The notes: generated by a model from the sequence alone, not told the origin. A stretch of 64,000 bases of DNA from Rubripirellula sp. (GCA_965216875.1 OZ244207.1:5024001-5088000); one strand, 5' to 3'; positions 1 to 9,830 are shown, counted from the first letter of the stretch. A program made the numbers and translations.

Positions 1-81
1 GTTCAGTTGATCGGCCGAAGCATCGCTTGCGTACGTTCCACAAGCAATCGCGGCGATCAGAGCTAATTTGCTAAGCTTCAT
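1..81 (-). CDS. 5' end of a secreted protein running off the left edge (signal peptide only visible)
   Basis: Not in the ORF track. The minus strand from ATG at 81 reads MKLSKLALIAAIACGTYASDASADQLN, a Sec signal peptide ending ASA. A GGGAG SD lies upstream. Confidence 0.75.
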   Translation of the reverse strand, partial: MKLSKLALIAAIACGTYASDASADQLN

Positions 82-648
82 ATGCTTTATTAACTCCCAA
101 GGTTCCATTCGGGTGATCTTGCAAGGCACCAGCGCGGATCCGAGCGACCGAAATAGTCGACGTCGGAATACGCGGACCAAAAATTAATCCACGGCCGGTC
201 GCTCATGGCGTAGTCTGCCGCCAAACCCTGTGGGGAGTTGGCATGGCGACTTACCGTCCGCGCCCAGTCATCAGGGTCAGATATCGACCCGTGAATTGAG
301 AAAAGAGCCTCGAAGCGGGGAAGAAGCGGACAATCACGGAGAATGCGCGCCGCAGATGTGCGTCGCGGAAACCCTTCGCATGACTCTGCTTGCATGCATT
401 GCAACCATTCTTGCGGTTCTGACGGTTAGACCGGTCGTAACGATTGCCCGGCCTCACTGAAGCTCCTGGCGTTGATTTGCCCCCAAGCCGGCCACGACGC
501 TTGCGATGCCAACCGAAGTTGGGGGGACCGCTATCGGCCGCCTATCGGGATTGCCGCTCTTGGTGCAAAATCTTGGTGTTCATCTCGCCCTCACCGGCAA
601 ACCTTTCCAACCATTTCACCTCCACTCCTCCAAACCAAACTCACCACG

Positions 649-1755
649 ATGGCGTTTTGGCGCAAGAAACAACCTGCTCAACCAACCGAACCACCTGCAG
701 AGACGCCCAGTGAGTCCGCGACAAGTGAATCCGCCTCGGTTGTCCAATCGGAAACGCCAGCCCCTGAGGGCGACGGCTCGGTAGCGCCAACACCAACGAC
801 ACCTCCACCCGCAGCAAAGCCGCAACCTGAAGCGAAGCCCAAAGGTCTCTTTGCAAAAATGCGCGCCGGGTTGACCAAAACCCGCGAAACGCTCAACACC
901 GACATCCGAGACCTGTTCAAGGCAGAAGGGCGGCTGGTTGATGACGAGTTCCTTGATGAACTGTTTGCACGACTGATCCGCACCGACATGGGTGTCGAAC
1001 CGGCCGAGACGATTCGTGACGACGTGGGCACGCGACTTCGCGCACGCCGCGTTCAATTCGAAGAAGTCCTGTCGACCATCACGACTCAAACTCAGTCGAT
1101 GCTCGAACAGGAATCGGCCGAGCTCAACGTGGCGGACTCTGGCCCAACGGTGATCCTGGTCGTTGGAGTCAACGGAAGTGGCAAAACAACTTCCATCGGT
1201 AAACTCGCCAACTACCTGACCAAGTCGGGCAAACGCGTCGTCCTCGGTGCCGGCGATACCTTTCGCGCCGCCGCCGTGGAGCAGCTGACTGTTTGGGCAG
1301 GACGCATCGGCTGCGAGATCGTCACGGGCAAACCGGAAGCCGATCCTGCCAGCGTTGCCTACCAGACGGTGGAAAAGGCCGTCGAGATCGGAGCCGATAT
1401 TGCCATCGTCGACACCGCTGGTCGGTTGCAGACTCAAGTCAACTTGATGCAACAGCTCGAGAAGATCCGCCGGGTCGTCGGCAAGAAAATCGAAGGCAGC
1501 CCGCACGAAGTGCTGTTGGTGCTCGACGCAACCGCCGGTCAGAACGCGATCAGCCAGGCTCGAGGTTTCAGCGACGCGGCAGGTTGCACCGGAATCGTGT
1601 TGGCCAAACTCGATGGCTCGGCCAAAGGTGGCGTGATCCTTCCCATCCGGCAACAGTTTCAACTGCCAGTGAAATATGTCGGGCTTGGCGAGGGGATCGA
1701 CGACCTTGCCCAATTCGATGCCGCGATGTTTGCCAAAGCGTTGTTTGCGGAATAG
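649..1755 (+). CDS. ftsY: SRP receptor GTPase FtsY
   Basis: [21 protein letters not shown] and [10 protein letters not shown] motifs; acidic/Pro-rich N-terminus; start set at MAFWRKK. Confidence 0.96.
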   Translation: MAFWRKKQPAQPTEPPAETPSESATSESASVVQSETPAPEGDGSVAPTPTTPPPAAKPQPEAKPKGLFAKMRAGLTKTRETLNTDIRDLFKAEGRLVDDEFLDELFARLIRTDMGVEPAETIRDDVGTRLRARRVQFEEVLSTITTQTQSMLEQESAELNVADSGPTVILVVGVNGSGKTTSIGKLANYLTKSGKRVVLGAGDTFRAAAVEQLTVWAGRIGCEIVTGKPEADPASVAYQTVEKAVEIGADIAIVDTAGRLQTQVNLMQQLEKIRRVVGKKIEGSPHEVLLVLDATAGQNAISQARGFSDAAGCTGIVLAKLDGSAKGGVILPIRQQFQLPVKYVGLGEGIDDLAQFDAAMFAKALFAE

Positions 1756-1776
1756 TACTCGTTTCCTTCCGACATC

Positions 1777-2358
1777 ATGCTCCACCTGCAATCCGAATCG
1801 ACCACCCGCTGGCTCAATCAAGTCGACCAATCACTCGATGAAGTCTTGATCGACCACGCTCATTGCGAACGCAAAGCGGCGTCGACCGCGATGAATTTGA
1901 TGAATGCCTACACCGACCACCGCGAGCTGTGTCGGGAAATGAAACGCATCATCGAAGAAGAACTGGAGCACTTTGAAATGGTGCTCGAGATCCTTGATCG
2001 CCGCGGTGTCGAATTCCGCCGACTCGCATCCGGCCCCTATGGCCGCGAACTCAATCGTCTGGTTTCGCAGAGCGAACCAGACCGAGCCGTCGACCGGCTG
2101 CTCGTCGCATCGCTGATCGAAGCGAGAAGCTGCGAGCGTTTCAGTTTGCTAGCCGAACACATCCGACCACGCGAACCCGAGCTGGCCGAATTCTACGCCA
2201 GCCTCTTTGAAAGCGAGGCGCGGCACCACACCACCTACGTCAAACTCGCGGAAACGTTTACCGACCGCGAGCAGGTCCGCATCCGCTTGGACCAACTGTC
2301 CGCCAAAGAAAGCGAGATCATCGCAGCTGGCAGCGAGCTGCCACGAATGCACAGCTAG
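1777..2358 (+). CDS. miaE: tRNA-(ms2io6A37) hydroxylase MiaE
   Basis: LIDHAHCERKAA, EELEHF, LIEARSCERF and ESEARH di-iron motifs. Confidence 0.92.
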   Translation: MLHLQSESTTRWLNQVDQSLDEVLIDHAHCERKAASTAMNLMNAYTDHRELCREMKRIIEEELEHFEMVLEILDRRGVEFRRLASGPYGRELNRLVSQSEPDRAVDRLLVASLIEARSCERFSLLAEHIRPREPELAEFYASLFESEARHHTTYVKLAETFTDREQVRIRLDQLSAKESEIIAAGSELPRMHS

Positions 2359-2387
2359 GCATGTTTCACAACGCGTGCCTTTGTTTT

Positions 2388-2515
2388 GTAGTGGACGAGG
2401 CCACAAGTCCCTCTGTGTCGTAGTGGACGAGGCTACGAGTCCCTCTCTTCTCGTACCCCATTCAATCACCTCTCGCACTCCCGCAGGAATAAGGACTCGT
2501 AGCCTCGTCCACTAC
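2388..2515. repeat. REP cluster, family A (GTAGTGGACGAGGCTACGAGTCC)
   Basis: Direct copies at 2388-2410 and 2420-2442, inverted copy at 2493-2515; same family at 62373-62426. Confidence 0.85.
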
Positions 2516-2798
2516 AAAATTGCGCTCGTGTTTCACGATCGCATGGTCCGGCTGGTGGGTCCCTCTTGAGCGATCGTCACAATTGCTTCGACTCGACAAG
2601 TCGCTAACCTTCCGTTGTCGCGAGCAACGATGCGTTCACCCGCCGCTTGCGACTCCTTTCCATGACGGAACGGCAGGCTCACGCGAACTTCGCGTCGTGG
2701 GCAGACCGGAGGATCCGGGCGCGCCACCCATTCGGCGCATTTTGGTTGAGTCTTGGCATGCAGCCGAGATCTTCGTTTGTCAAAGGGGAGGACACATC

Positions 2799-3809
2799 AT
2801 GGCTACCATTCGTTCGTGCGCGGCATTCTTTCTACTTCTGCTTCCAGCTTCGACGGTCCTTGCTGACGGCCGCAGCGTCCACTTTGATCTTCCGCCAACC
2901 GCCCCCGCGAGTCTGTTGGAATCAGACGACCCGTCAACGGTCACCATCGAGCTCAAGCTTTCGTCACTGATCGTCGACCCCGAAATGCCTAAGGTCGATC
3001 AATGGCTTGTACAGTGCCAACCGCGTGACAAATCGGTGCGTGTGGTCGACTATTGGCCCCGTACGGAAGTTGCCAGTGACGTCGACGGGAACATCCAAGT
3101 CAAGAAAACCAACGAAGCCTCACGAGCGATGGGAGCCTCACTCGATGGCGCGTATGGACATTTCAGTCATTTGCACGCGGGATTTGACAAGGGCGAAAAG
3201 GAAATCGACAGTTTGCAAATGAACCGCTTGGCCCCCGTTCAAGCCGTCACGGCTTCGGGAACCATTCGACGCGGCCTCGGTGTCTACTTCAAACTGCGTT
3301 GGACAGCACGCCAAGTCCTTGAAGGTGAAAAGACTTTCCGGCTAACGCTTCAGGTCCCACCGGGCTGGCGTGGCGGTTTGATCGACGTGTCGGTCACGGC
3401 GCAGGGAGAAGAGAAGACGCTAGGTGGTTTCGACAGTGTGACCAAGACGCACGGCAGTGCAAACTTTGTGGTTGCAAGCTATCGGGCTGGCGACAGGGTC
3501 GCCGCGGCGCAAGCGCAACGTCTGGTCGAAGCGGAGTTCGCTCTGCGTGATCTTGCCAGCGACCATCAATCGCGTCCACGCCAAGCATCGTTGACCTCGA
3601 TGGTCCGATTGATCGCCTCGAAATTTGACAGCGACGAAAAGGGCGGCGGCATCGACTGGATCGATCGACTGTTGCTTTGTCAGGCCGACCCACACTTTGA
3701 CAAAGAGATTCGACGGCTGCCAATGCCCGTTCGAGTCGCGGTGATCGAATACGTCGACTGCCGCGACAACTTCTTGATGATGAACGAGCGTCGTCTCGTA
3801 GAAAACTAG
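2799..3809 (+). CDS. Secreted hypothetical protein
   Basis: GGGGAGGA SD before ATG 2799; signal peptide MATIRSCAAFFLLLLPASTVLA. Confidence 0.75.
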   Translation: MATIRSCAAFFLLLLPASTVLADGRSVHFDLPPTAPASLLESDDPSTVTIELKLSSLIVDPEMPKVDQWLVQCQPRDKSVRVVDYWPRTEVASDVDGNIQVKKTNEASRAMGASLDGAYGHFSHLHAGFDKGEKEIDSLQMNRLAPVQAVTASGTIRRGLGVYFKLRWTARQVLEGEKTFRLTLQVPPGWRGGLIDVSVTAQGEEKTLGGFDSVTKTHGSANFVVASYRAGDRVAAAQAQRLVEAEFALRDLASDHQSRPRQASLTSMVRLIASKFDSDEKGGGIDWIDRLLLCQADPHFDKEIRRLPMPVRVAVIEYVDCRDNFLMMNERRLVEN

Positions 3810-3833
3810 TCGTCTGCAAACCGACGAAAGATC

Positions 3834-3956
3834 GTAGGGTGTGTGCTTGCACGCACCACGAATCGAAAGTCCTCGTCGGCGCCACGTTGCCAGTACGGTT
3901 TGTCGTCCCACCTTTTGGCGGAATCCGAGAAGATTCCGGCTAAAGCTCGGTACTAC
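3834..3956. repeat. Mosaic REP cluster (families J, degenerate C, E)
   Basis: GTAGGGTGTGTGCTTGCACGCACC at 3834-3857; GATTCCGGCTAAAGCTCGGTACTAC ending 3956; both recur elsewhere in the window. Confidence 0.75.
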
Positions 3957-4001
3957 GAACAGCGTGTTCGACTCACACTCTCAGTCAATGAACAACGGTC
4001 G

Positions 4002-4310
4002 TCAGTTGTTGCTGAAGCCAAGTGCCAACATGGTGTCGCGGCCAAGCGGATTCTTTAAGAATTGGCGATGGCATTCGGGGCAAAGATCGTAACGTCCACG
4101 ATGACTCGACTCGTCAGGGTCACTTACCAAGTCTTCGTCGGCGATTCCTTCAAGGATCTGATGCAACTCAGTTAGCTGATCAATGTCGTCGTCCATCTCA
4201 ACGGCGGTCGGACATTCCGCGGCCGATTGGATTTCGATTTGAACGACGTAGCGTGTTTGATCAGAGGGGTCTATCTGTCGTTTACAGCGATCGCAGGTGT
4301 AGTGGATCAT
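4002..4310 (-). CDS. Small protein with split CxxC...CxxC zinc ribbon
   Basis: YTCDRC at the N-terminus and DLCPEC near the C-terminus, with an acidic linker. Confidence 0.75.
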   Translation of the reverse strand: MIHYTCDRCKRQIDPSDQTRYVVQIEIQSAAECPTAVEMDDDIDQLTELHQILEGIADEDLVSDPDESSHRGRYDLCPECHRQFLKNPLGRDTMLALGFSNN

Positions 4311-4711
4311 CAATCAAGTGTCCAACTGCGAGAGGAAGGAGGTCTCTCGACGGCGACCGTGCACGAGCACGATCAGAAAAGGAATGAATAATGAAACATC
4401 GTGAGACAACTTTATGTTAGTGACGGTCCTCGGGCGCTCGCAAGGCAAATAACTGACACTTTTCTCACGAATCACAGCCTCTCTTGACAGCGCCGACAAA
4501 ACCGCGCATGCAACTTGCCACCCGTTTTTTGATCACGATCGAACAATCGAAACAGCCATGATGGCCTGCCGCGCGTTGACTCACTCAAAACGCTGACACC
4601 GATTGCGGATTGCCATTTGAACTTTCGGCAACTCACATCGACCACACGCTTGCGGTAAAGATTCTGCCTTCCAACCACACACGACGCCGAATCATTCGGC
4701 CATGCACCTGT

Positions 4712-5539
4712 CTACTCTTGGGCGGGCTCTTCTTGTGAATCTTCTTCTTTCGTTTCTTCGACCGACTTGAATTCGCCTCCTGACACGATGGTCTTGGTCA
4801 AAGGCGGGCGCAACTCGACCAACATCCCCGGCAAGAAATCGGTGTCCAACGCATCCAGATCTCGGTCATCCAAAACCTTGACCACGTAGTTCCGCTTTTC
4901 CGCTTCGCTGATCAATCGCTTGATGGCCGGCACATGCCCGTACGAGAGAAGACACCTGCCCCCAGGGTTAAGCCGCTCGGGTAACCCATCGAGGATCGAA
5001 TCCATCAGTGCAAAGTTCGGATCGTAAAAGGCATGATCAGCCGGCTTGGCAACGACACCATCTTCCCATGGCGGGTTAGAGATGACCAAATCAAACTTCT
5101 CGACTGGTGCCAACACCGAGAAGGCGCCCGGATCGTCTTGATCGACCAGACGCACGTCCAAGTCTTCGTGTTCGACCAACACAGCGCCGTTGTACCTTGC
5201 GTTGGCGACTGCGGCCGGGTTGATGTCGGTTGCAACGACTTTGGTCGCATCATTCTGTAAACACAGAATGGCAATCAGCCCTGTGCCCGTTCCGATCTCT
5301 AAAACGTCGCGCCCGTTGCAAATCGCATCTTCGACAATCAACTTGCGCAGCGACACGGTGTCATCAATTTGCCAAAAGACCGTTTCGAATTGAACGATCT
5401 CACCGAACTGCAAATCTTCAACGGGCCGCAACTCTTGCACGGCGTAGTTGTAGTCGAGTTCGTCGTGGTACTTTCGGCACCCATTGGCGACCGCGACCAC
5501 ACCGAAAAGAGAGAGTACGAAGACAAGGAATCGCGACAT
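4712..5539 (-). CDS. Class I SAM-dependent methyltransferase (HemK/PrmC-like NPPW motif) with N-terminal signal or lipoprotein-like peptide
   Basis: VLEIGTGTG, DIN and ISNPPW motifs; start MSRFLVFVLSLFGVVAVANGC; the upstream ORF extension is translated REP sequence. Confidence 0.8.
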   Translation of the reverse strand: MSRFLVFVLSLFGVVAVANGCRKYHDELDYNYAVQELRPVEDLQFGEIVQFETVFWQIDDTVSLRKLIVEDAICNGRDVLEIGTGTGLIAILCLQNDATKVVATDINPAAVANARYNGAVLVEHEDLDVRLVDQDDPGAFSVLAPVEKFDLVISNPPWEDGVVAKPADHAFYDPNFALMDSILDGLPERLNPGGRCLLSYGHVPAIKRLISEAEKRNYVVKVLDDRDLDALDTDFLPGMLVELRPPLTKTIVSGGEFKSVEETKEEDSQEEPAQE

Positions 5540-5613
5540 GGAGACTTCAATCGTTCGCGCGGCGAATGTGCTGAAGGTCCTATTGTATCGCGAACGGGAG
5601 CGAGAGGCTTCGT

Positions 5614-5786
5614 CGGGAGGGTGAGGCTCCCGCCGAACTTCACGTGCGGCTCCGCAGGAGCGTCGCCCTCCCAAATGGTTGCAGGAGCGTCGCCCTCCCA
5701 AATGGTTGCAGGAGCGTCGCCGTCCCAAATTGTCGCCAGAGAATCATGCCGGATCGGTGTCGCTGTCGCTCCTTGATCCGGCCTAC
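5614..5786. repeat. REP cluster: family G (inverted copy plus three 27-bp tandem units) and family B
   Basis: GCAGGAGCGTCGCCCTCCCAAATGGTT at 5654, 5681 and 5708 (third partial); GCCGGATC...GATCCGGCCTAC at 5748-5786. Confidence 0.85.
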
Positions 5787-5809
5787 GGCGGTTGGACCAA
5801 TCGGCAGCA

Positions 5810-7237
5810 CTAGCGTACTTTGCACTCGAACCGGATCGTGACGCTTTCGCCAACCTTCAACTCGTCAGTGAGCTTCCACTGGAGTTTGAGCGATTGACCC
5901 TCGTTCGGCGTCGCCGTGAATTCGGCGTTGCCGCCTTCGACCTTTTCGCTGCCTTGGACGTACTCCAATCGAGTCGTCAAGTTGTCAGCAACGACGACAT
6001 CGGTCACAGCAGAATCGCCGACGTTTTCGATCTTCAAAGCGAATGTCACGGTTTCGCCAGGCAGGGCGTCGCCGCGATCCGCAAGCTTGATGATCCTGAG
6101 CCGTCCCGCATCGGGGAATTCGTAGATCGTGAACGCCTCGAGCGTTTGATCCCGAGTCAGCGTTGGCGGTTTCAGGTCGGCAATCGCGACTTCAAGCGAC
6201 TCGTCGATTGTCCAAGGCACTGCTGCCTGAGCAAGGCGTTTGATCACCGCCAAATCGGCATCAATCAACTCGCCAAGGTCATACAGACGCAAGGCTGCCA
6301 AGGCGGCCATGACATCGGATGCTTGCTCGAGTTGCTGGACGGCATCGACTGGCACACCGCGATTGCGGTCTCGCATCGCATCGATACGACGAGCCACTTC
6401 GGCGTGTGCCAATTCGGTCGAATCAGCCACAACCAAACCAGGAAGTTCGTGATTGATACCCACTGGACCGACTGGCGTGTCCATGGCGTTGAGCGTCACG
6501 GCGCGGCCACCCGATTCGGCAGCCGTCATGTGACGGACCGAAGTAAAACGGGGCGCGTAGATGCAGGTTCGATTGCTCGATTGAAAATGAATGTTTCGGT
6601 CGCCCGTCGTGTAGTGGACGACCGTGTCTTCTAAACCGAGGTTACGAATCGAATCGTCTTTTCTCAACATCGCTTGTGGACTGCGGTCGCCACCGTCGCA
6701 CAAGAACTCTTGCGGGTCGATCCCGTAAGCATTCCAACCTTGTGGTGTGTGCATCACGTAACCCTGCGGTGCGCAGCATTCGCCACAGTTGCCGGATTGG
6801 CAACCACCGCATCCACCGGGTCCACAATTGCCAGCGCCACAACCGCCAGCGGTCGAACAGCCGCAGCTGGCCGGGTCGGCTTGGCCAAACGATTCATCCA
6901 GAATGGCCGGCGCGTAATGCACGGGCATCGCTTGGATTCCCGATACCTGCATGTGTTGCGGTTGCACCTGTTGGCCGACTTGATGCGCCGGGAACGCTGG
7001 TTGCGCGGTAGGCACCTGATAACTGACTTGCTCTGTCACAGGCGTTTGAGCGGCCATCGTTTGCGCAGGCAAAGTTTGAGCGGTTGAATCCGCTACGGTT
7101 TGTTGCGTTGCTGGCGTTGAGGCCAGTTTTGCCTTTGGCGGCATGTTGTACTGAGGCGTGATACACCCCGTCGCCCACAACAGGGTGGCCGACGCCAACG
7201 CAGTGGTGATCCCTTTACGATGCAATTCGATTCTCAT
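5810..7237 (-). CDS. DUF11-domain Cys-rich lipoprotein
   Basis: Lipobox-like WATGC; Cys/Gly cluster CGCSTAGGCGAGNCGPGGCGGCQSGNCGECC; C-terminal DUF11-like KLADRGDALPGETVTFALKIENVG...VVVADNL...LEYVQGS. Confidence 0.8.
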   Translation of the reverse strand: MRIELHRKGITTALASATLLWATGCITPQYNMPPKAKLASTPATQQTVADSTAQTLPAQTMAAQTPVTEQVSYQVPTAQPAFPAHQVGQQVQPQHMQVSGIQAMPVHYAPAILDESFGQADPASCGCSTAGGCGAGNCGPGGCGGCQSGNCGECCAPQGYVMHTPQGWNAYGIDPQEFLCDGGDRSPQAMLRKDDSIRNLGLEDTVVHYTTGDRNIHFQSSNRTCIYAPRFTSVRHMTAAESGGRAVTLNAMDTPVGPVGINHELPGLVVADSTELAHAEVARRIDAMRDRNRGVPVDAVQQLEQASDVMAALAALRLYDLGELIDADLAVIKRLAQAAVPWTIDESLEVAIADLKPPTLTRDQTLEAFTIYEFPDAGRLRIIKLADRGDALPGETVTFALKIENVGDSAVTDVVVADNLTTRLEYVQGSEKVEGGNAEFTATPNEGQSLKLQWKLTDELKVGESVTIRFECKVR

Positions 7238-7261
7238 GGCTTTGCGGATGCGTCTTGAGGG

Positions 7262-8128
7262 TTAACCACCGACGAAGGTCGATTGTTGGACGGGAGTCGA
7301 TTGTGCTGGTGTCAGTTCTGCAGCAGTTTGCTGAATCGCGCTAGCGGACTGATTGGCGGGCTGATTGGCCGGTTCTTGAACGGGGACCCAGGAGGGGCTT
7401 CCGAAGAAGAACTGTGGCATCAATGCAGGTGCGGTCGGCGGCGAGACCGACCCGATCCGCACGATGGCGACGGGGCGGCCCAAACGATCGGCTGTTTCGA
7501 GTGCGTCTTGATGAGGCGCAATATCGATTGCGGTCGACGATGTTGTTTCTTGAGGCAGTGGTGATGCCGTTTGTGGATCTTCCAGCACGATCACGCGGGT
7601 GACCATCTTGCCCTCGAGTGCGGCTTCCAAGTCCTCGAGATCCAAATTGATCGGGATCGGGTACTTCGTTGCCAAGCCCGGCGGCGGGTAGGTACGGTCA
7701 ATCACTTCCACGGTCGGGAAGAGCTCGGCGCCTGGTGCGCGAGGAATGTTGGTGATTCGAAAACGGTAAACCGCTCCGACCAACATGCCTGCGGACAGAC
7801 GTTTTTCGTCGGGACCAAACGCGTTTCCAATGGGCAACGCGAAGCGAGTCTCTTCGGGGCCGCTAAAGGCAACCGGCTGCAAGTAGCCTGCGATGGGACC
7901 GCGGCCACGCAAACGTGCCTGACCGATGCTTCCTGGCGGCATGTAACCCTGAAAGAGTCGATGTTGCCCTTGGTTGCCCAAGTATTGTGCGGGCGATTGG
8001 GCACTCAACGAACTTGAAGAGGCAACCAAGCAGACCGCGGCGCCCAAGACGGCCAATGGAGTGCGTGCAGCCAATTGGACGATCGACGTTGGTAGGCGTC
8101 TGGCAATGACGATGAAAGAGCTCGACAC
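7262..8128 (-). CDS. Secreted hypothetical protein, paralogue of 8232-9563
   Basis: Signal peptide; shared core YRFRITNIP...ELFPTVE...VTRVIVLEDP...ADRLGRPVAIVRIG. Confidence 0.8.
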   Translation of the reverse strand: MSSSFIVIARRLPTSIVQLAARTPLAVLGAAVCLVASSSSLSAQSPAQYLGNQGQHRLFQGYMPPGSIGQARLRGRGPIAGYLQPVAFSGPEETRFALPIGNAFGPDEKRLSAGMLVGAVYRFRITNIPRAPGAELFPTVEVIDRTYPPPGLATKYPIPINLDLEDLEAALEGKMVTRVIVLEDPQTASPLPQETTSSTAIDIAPHQDALETADRLGRPVAIVRIGSVSPPTAPALMPQFFFGSPSWVPVQEPANQPANQSASAIQQTAAELTPAQSTPVQQSTFVGG

Positions 8129-8158
8129 AGTACTACGCTCGATGTTGCTGAGTTGCCG

Positions 8159-8198
8159 AAAAAAGAAACGCGGTGAGAGAAAACCCGCACCGCGTTTC
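8159..8198 (-). terminator. Intrinsic terminator inside the DUF11 operon
   Basis: Minus strand stem GAAACGCGGTG/CACCGCGTTTC followed by TTTTTT. Confidence 0.75.
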
Positions 8199-8231
8199 GC
8201 TTACTCTCTATCTTGATTTCGAATCTTCGAA

Positions 8232-9563
8232 TCAGTTGCAGTTCGGATCAACCTGTTGGCTGTGCAAGCGATGCACGCCCGGTCCGAAAGGAACACCAGG
8301 ATGGATGTTCTGTTCGGTGATCTTCACGCGGCTGACAGGATTCGGATAGCTGAAGCCTGGGTTCATGCGAACGCCGATCTTCATCTTTTCCACAGGTCGT
8401 GGGATGTGCATCGGGGTGTGATTCTTGATCACGTGCTTCTTCAAGCTCGCCTGATGTCCCAGTGGAATGTGTGGCGGTCCTGGCAATCCGATCGGAGTTC
8501 CCGACATGGTCATTCCGTATTGCGGAGCGGTCACACCAGCGATCATGCCTGGCAGTGCCGGTGGCATTGCCGATCCGCTGCAGCCACAACCTTCGGTCAT
8601 CGCAGGAGCGAACGGAGCAGGCAATCCAGCAACCGGTGGAGCCATTCCAGCACCAGCTCCGCCAGCACCAGCCATTTCGATGTCTTTGTCACCCAAGCGA
8701 ATGATCGCAAGGATCGAACCACGACGGTCGGCTTCGACAATTGGGTCGATGCCTGGATCGAGGCGAGTGCTGACCAAAGTGTCGATACCTGCCAAAGCTG
8801 GACCCGAGAAGTCCGGATCTGGAAGGTAGATGACTTTGGTGACGAAGTTACCGGTCAAGACTTGGTCGAAGTCTTCTTCGGTGAACTGGATTGGCACCGA
8901 GTTGTGAGCCAAGTAGGCACCGGTGCGAGGATTGGCGTAGGCCAATTCGATGGTTGGGTAAAGTTCAACACCTTCGCGAGCGGGGATGTTGGTCAACTTG
9001 ACGCGATACAAACCACCTTGTGGGAAGTTTTGCTTCGCAGGCAAGATCAACGGCTCGCTGTCGAACATGCCCGATCCGGTCGAATCGTAGCGGACTTGCA
9101 TGCCTTCGGGTTGGCCGAACGTGACTTGCACGGTCGGCGGAACACCAGGAAGCATGTTCATGTTGTGTAGGACTCCGCCGCCGGCTGGGATCGTTGATCC
9201 TCCCGAGATGCAGCTTTGGCATCCGTTGTAGTTGACCAAGTCAACTCCGTTGCCATCAGTGCTTGCCACAGGAGCAACGGGTGCAGCAGGCGTTGGCATT
9301 GGGGCCGCACCGGGTCCCATTCCGCCAGCTCCCATCATTCCGCCAGCTCCCATCATTCCGCCCGCACCCATCATGGGCATTGCACCGCCCATTCCGGGAT
9401 GCATTGCAGGTGGAGCCAAAACACCGGGGCCGGGACCTCCGACGCCAGGACCTGGTTCCATTAAGCGTTGCTCTGGCGGCAGATTGTGGCGAACCGGTGC
9501 ACACCCGGTGGCGATTATCGCCGTGGCCGCCAGTAGCGACATATGAGTGACGATTCGTTTCAT
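8232..9563 (-). CDS. Pro/Gly/Met-rich hypothetical lipoprotein, paralogue of 7262-8128
   Basis: MKRIVTHMSLLAATAIIATGC lipoprotein-like signal; MMGAGG repeats; core YRVKLTNIP...ELYPTIE...VTKVIYLPDP...ADRRGSILAIIRLG. Confidence 0.82.
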   Translation of the reverse strand: MKRIVTHMSLLAATAIIATGCAPVRHNLPPEQRLMEPGPGVGGPGPGVLAPPAMHPGMGGAMPMMGAGGMMGAGGMMGAGGMGPGAAPMPTPAAPVAPVASTDGNGVDLVNYNGCQSCISGGSTIPAGGGVLHNMNMLPGVPPTVQVTFGQPEGMQVRYDSTGSGMFDSEPLILPAKQNFPQGGLYRVKLTNIPAREGVELYPTIELAYANPRTGAYLAHNSVPIQFTEEDFDQVLTGNFVTKVIYLPDPDFSGPALAGIDTLVSTRLDPGIDPIVEADRRGSILAIIRLGDKDIEMAGAGGAGAGMAPPVAGLPAPFAPAMTEGCGCSGSAMPPALPGMIAGVTAPQYGMTMSGTPIGLPGPPHIPLGHQASLKKHVIKNHTPMHIPRPVEKMKIGVRMNPGFSYPNPVSRVKITEQNIHPGVPFGPGVHRLHSQQVDPNCN

Positions 9564-9830
9564 CTTTCCCCCCGTTCCTTCGGTTCTGGCCATCGGTGGC
9601 GGCCGATCGGGCGTCAGGCCCACTCTCACGGCTTACTGACGCCGTTCATCTAGGTCTGAACTATGTAGTGAAATGTTGCATTCGATCTGGGTGGACTCGC
9701 ACCGCCCTGGGACTCTACGATCCCGCGGGCAGCGATGGTCCGTTTGGCTTCGGCCGTCGGTCATCAATTCCTGTGACATCCGTTCACGGGAATCCATGCA
9801 CAAGCCGGGCCAGACCCTGTTCGTAGTTGG

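Noticed and set aside
90..460. Short ORFs 90-404, 230-460 and 251-457
   Set aside because: No recognisable motifs; the region is better explained as the divergent promoter region between the gene starting at 81 and ftsY
616..1830. Long antisense ORFs (also 16564-17598, 25779-27041, 56506-58074, 62108-63475)
   Set aside because: Shadow frames opposite well-supported genes in GC-rich DNA
5654..5730. 27-bp direct repeats resembling a mini CRISPR array
   Set aside because: The units are contiguous with no unique spacers, no cas genes are present, and the unit is a REP family also seen near 32761
9318..9376. 18-bp tandem repeat
   Set aside because: It is an in-frame coding repeat (MMGAGG) inside the lipoprotein, not a separate element
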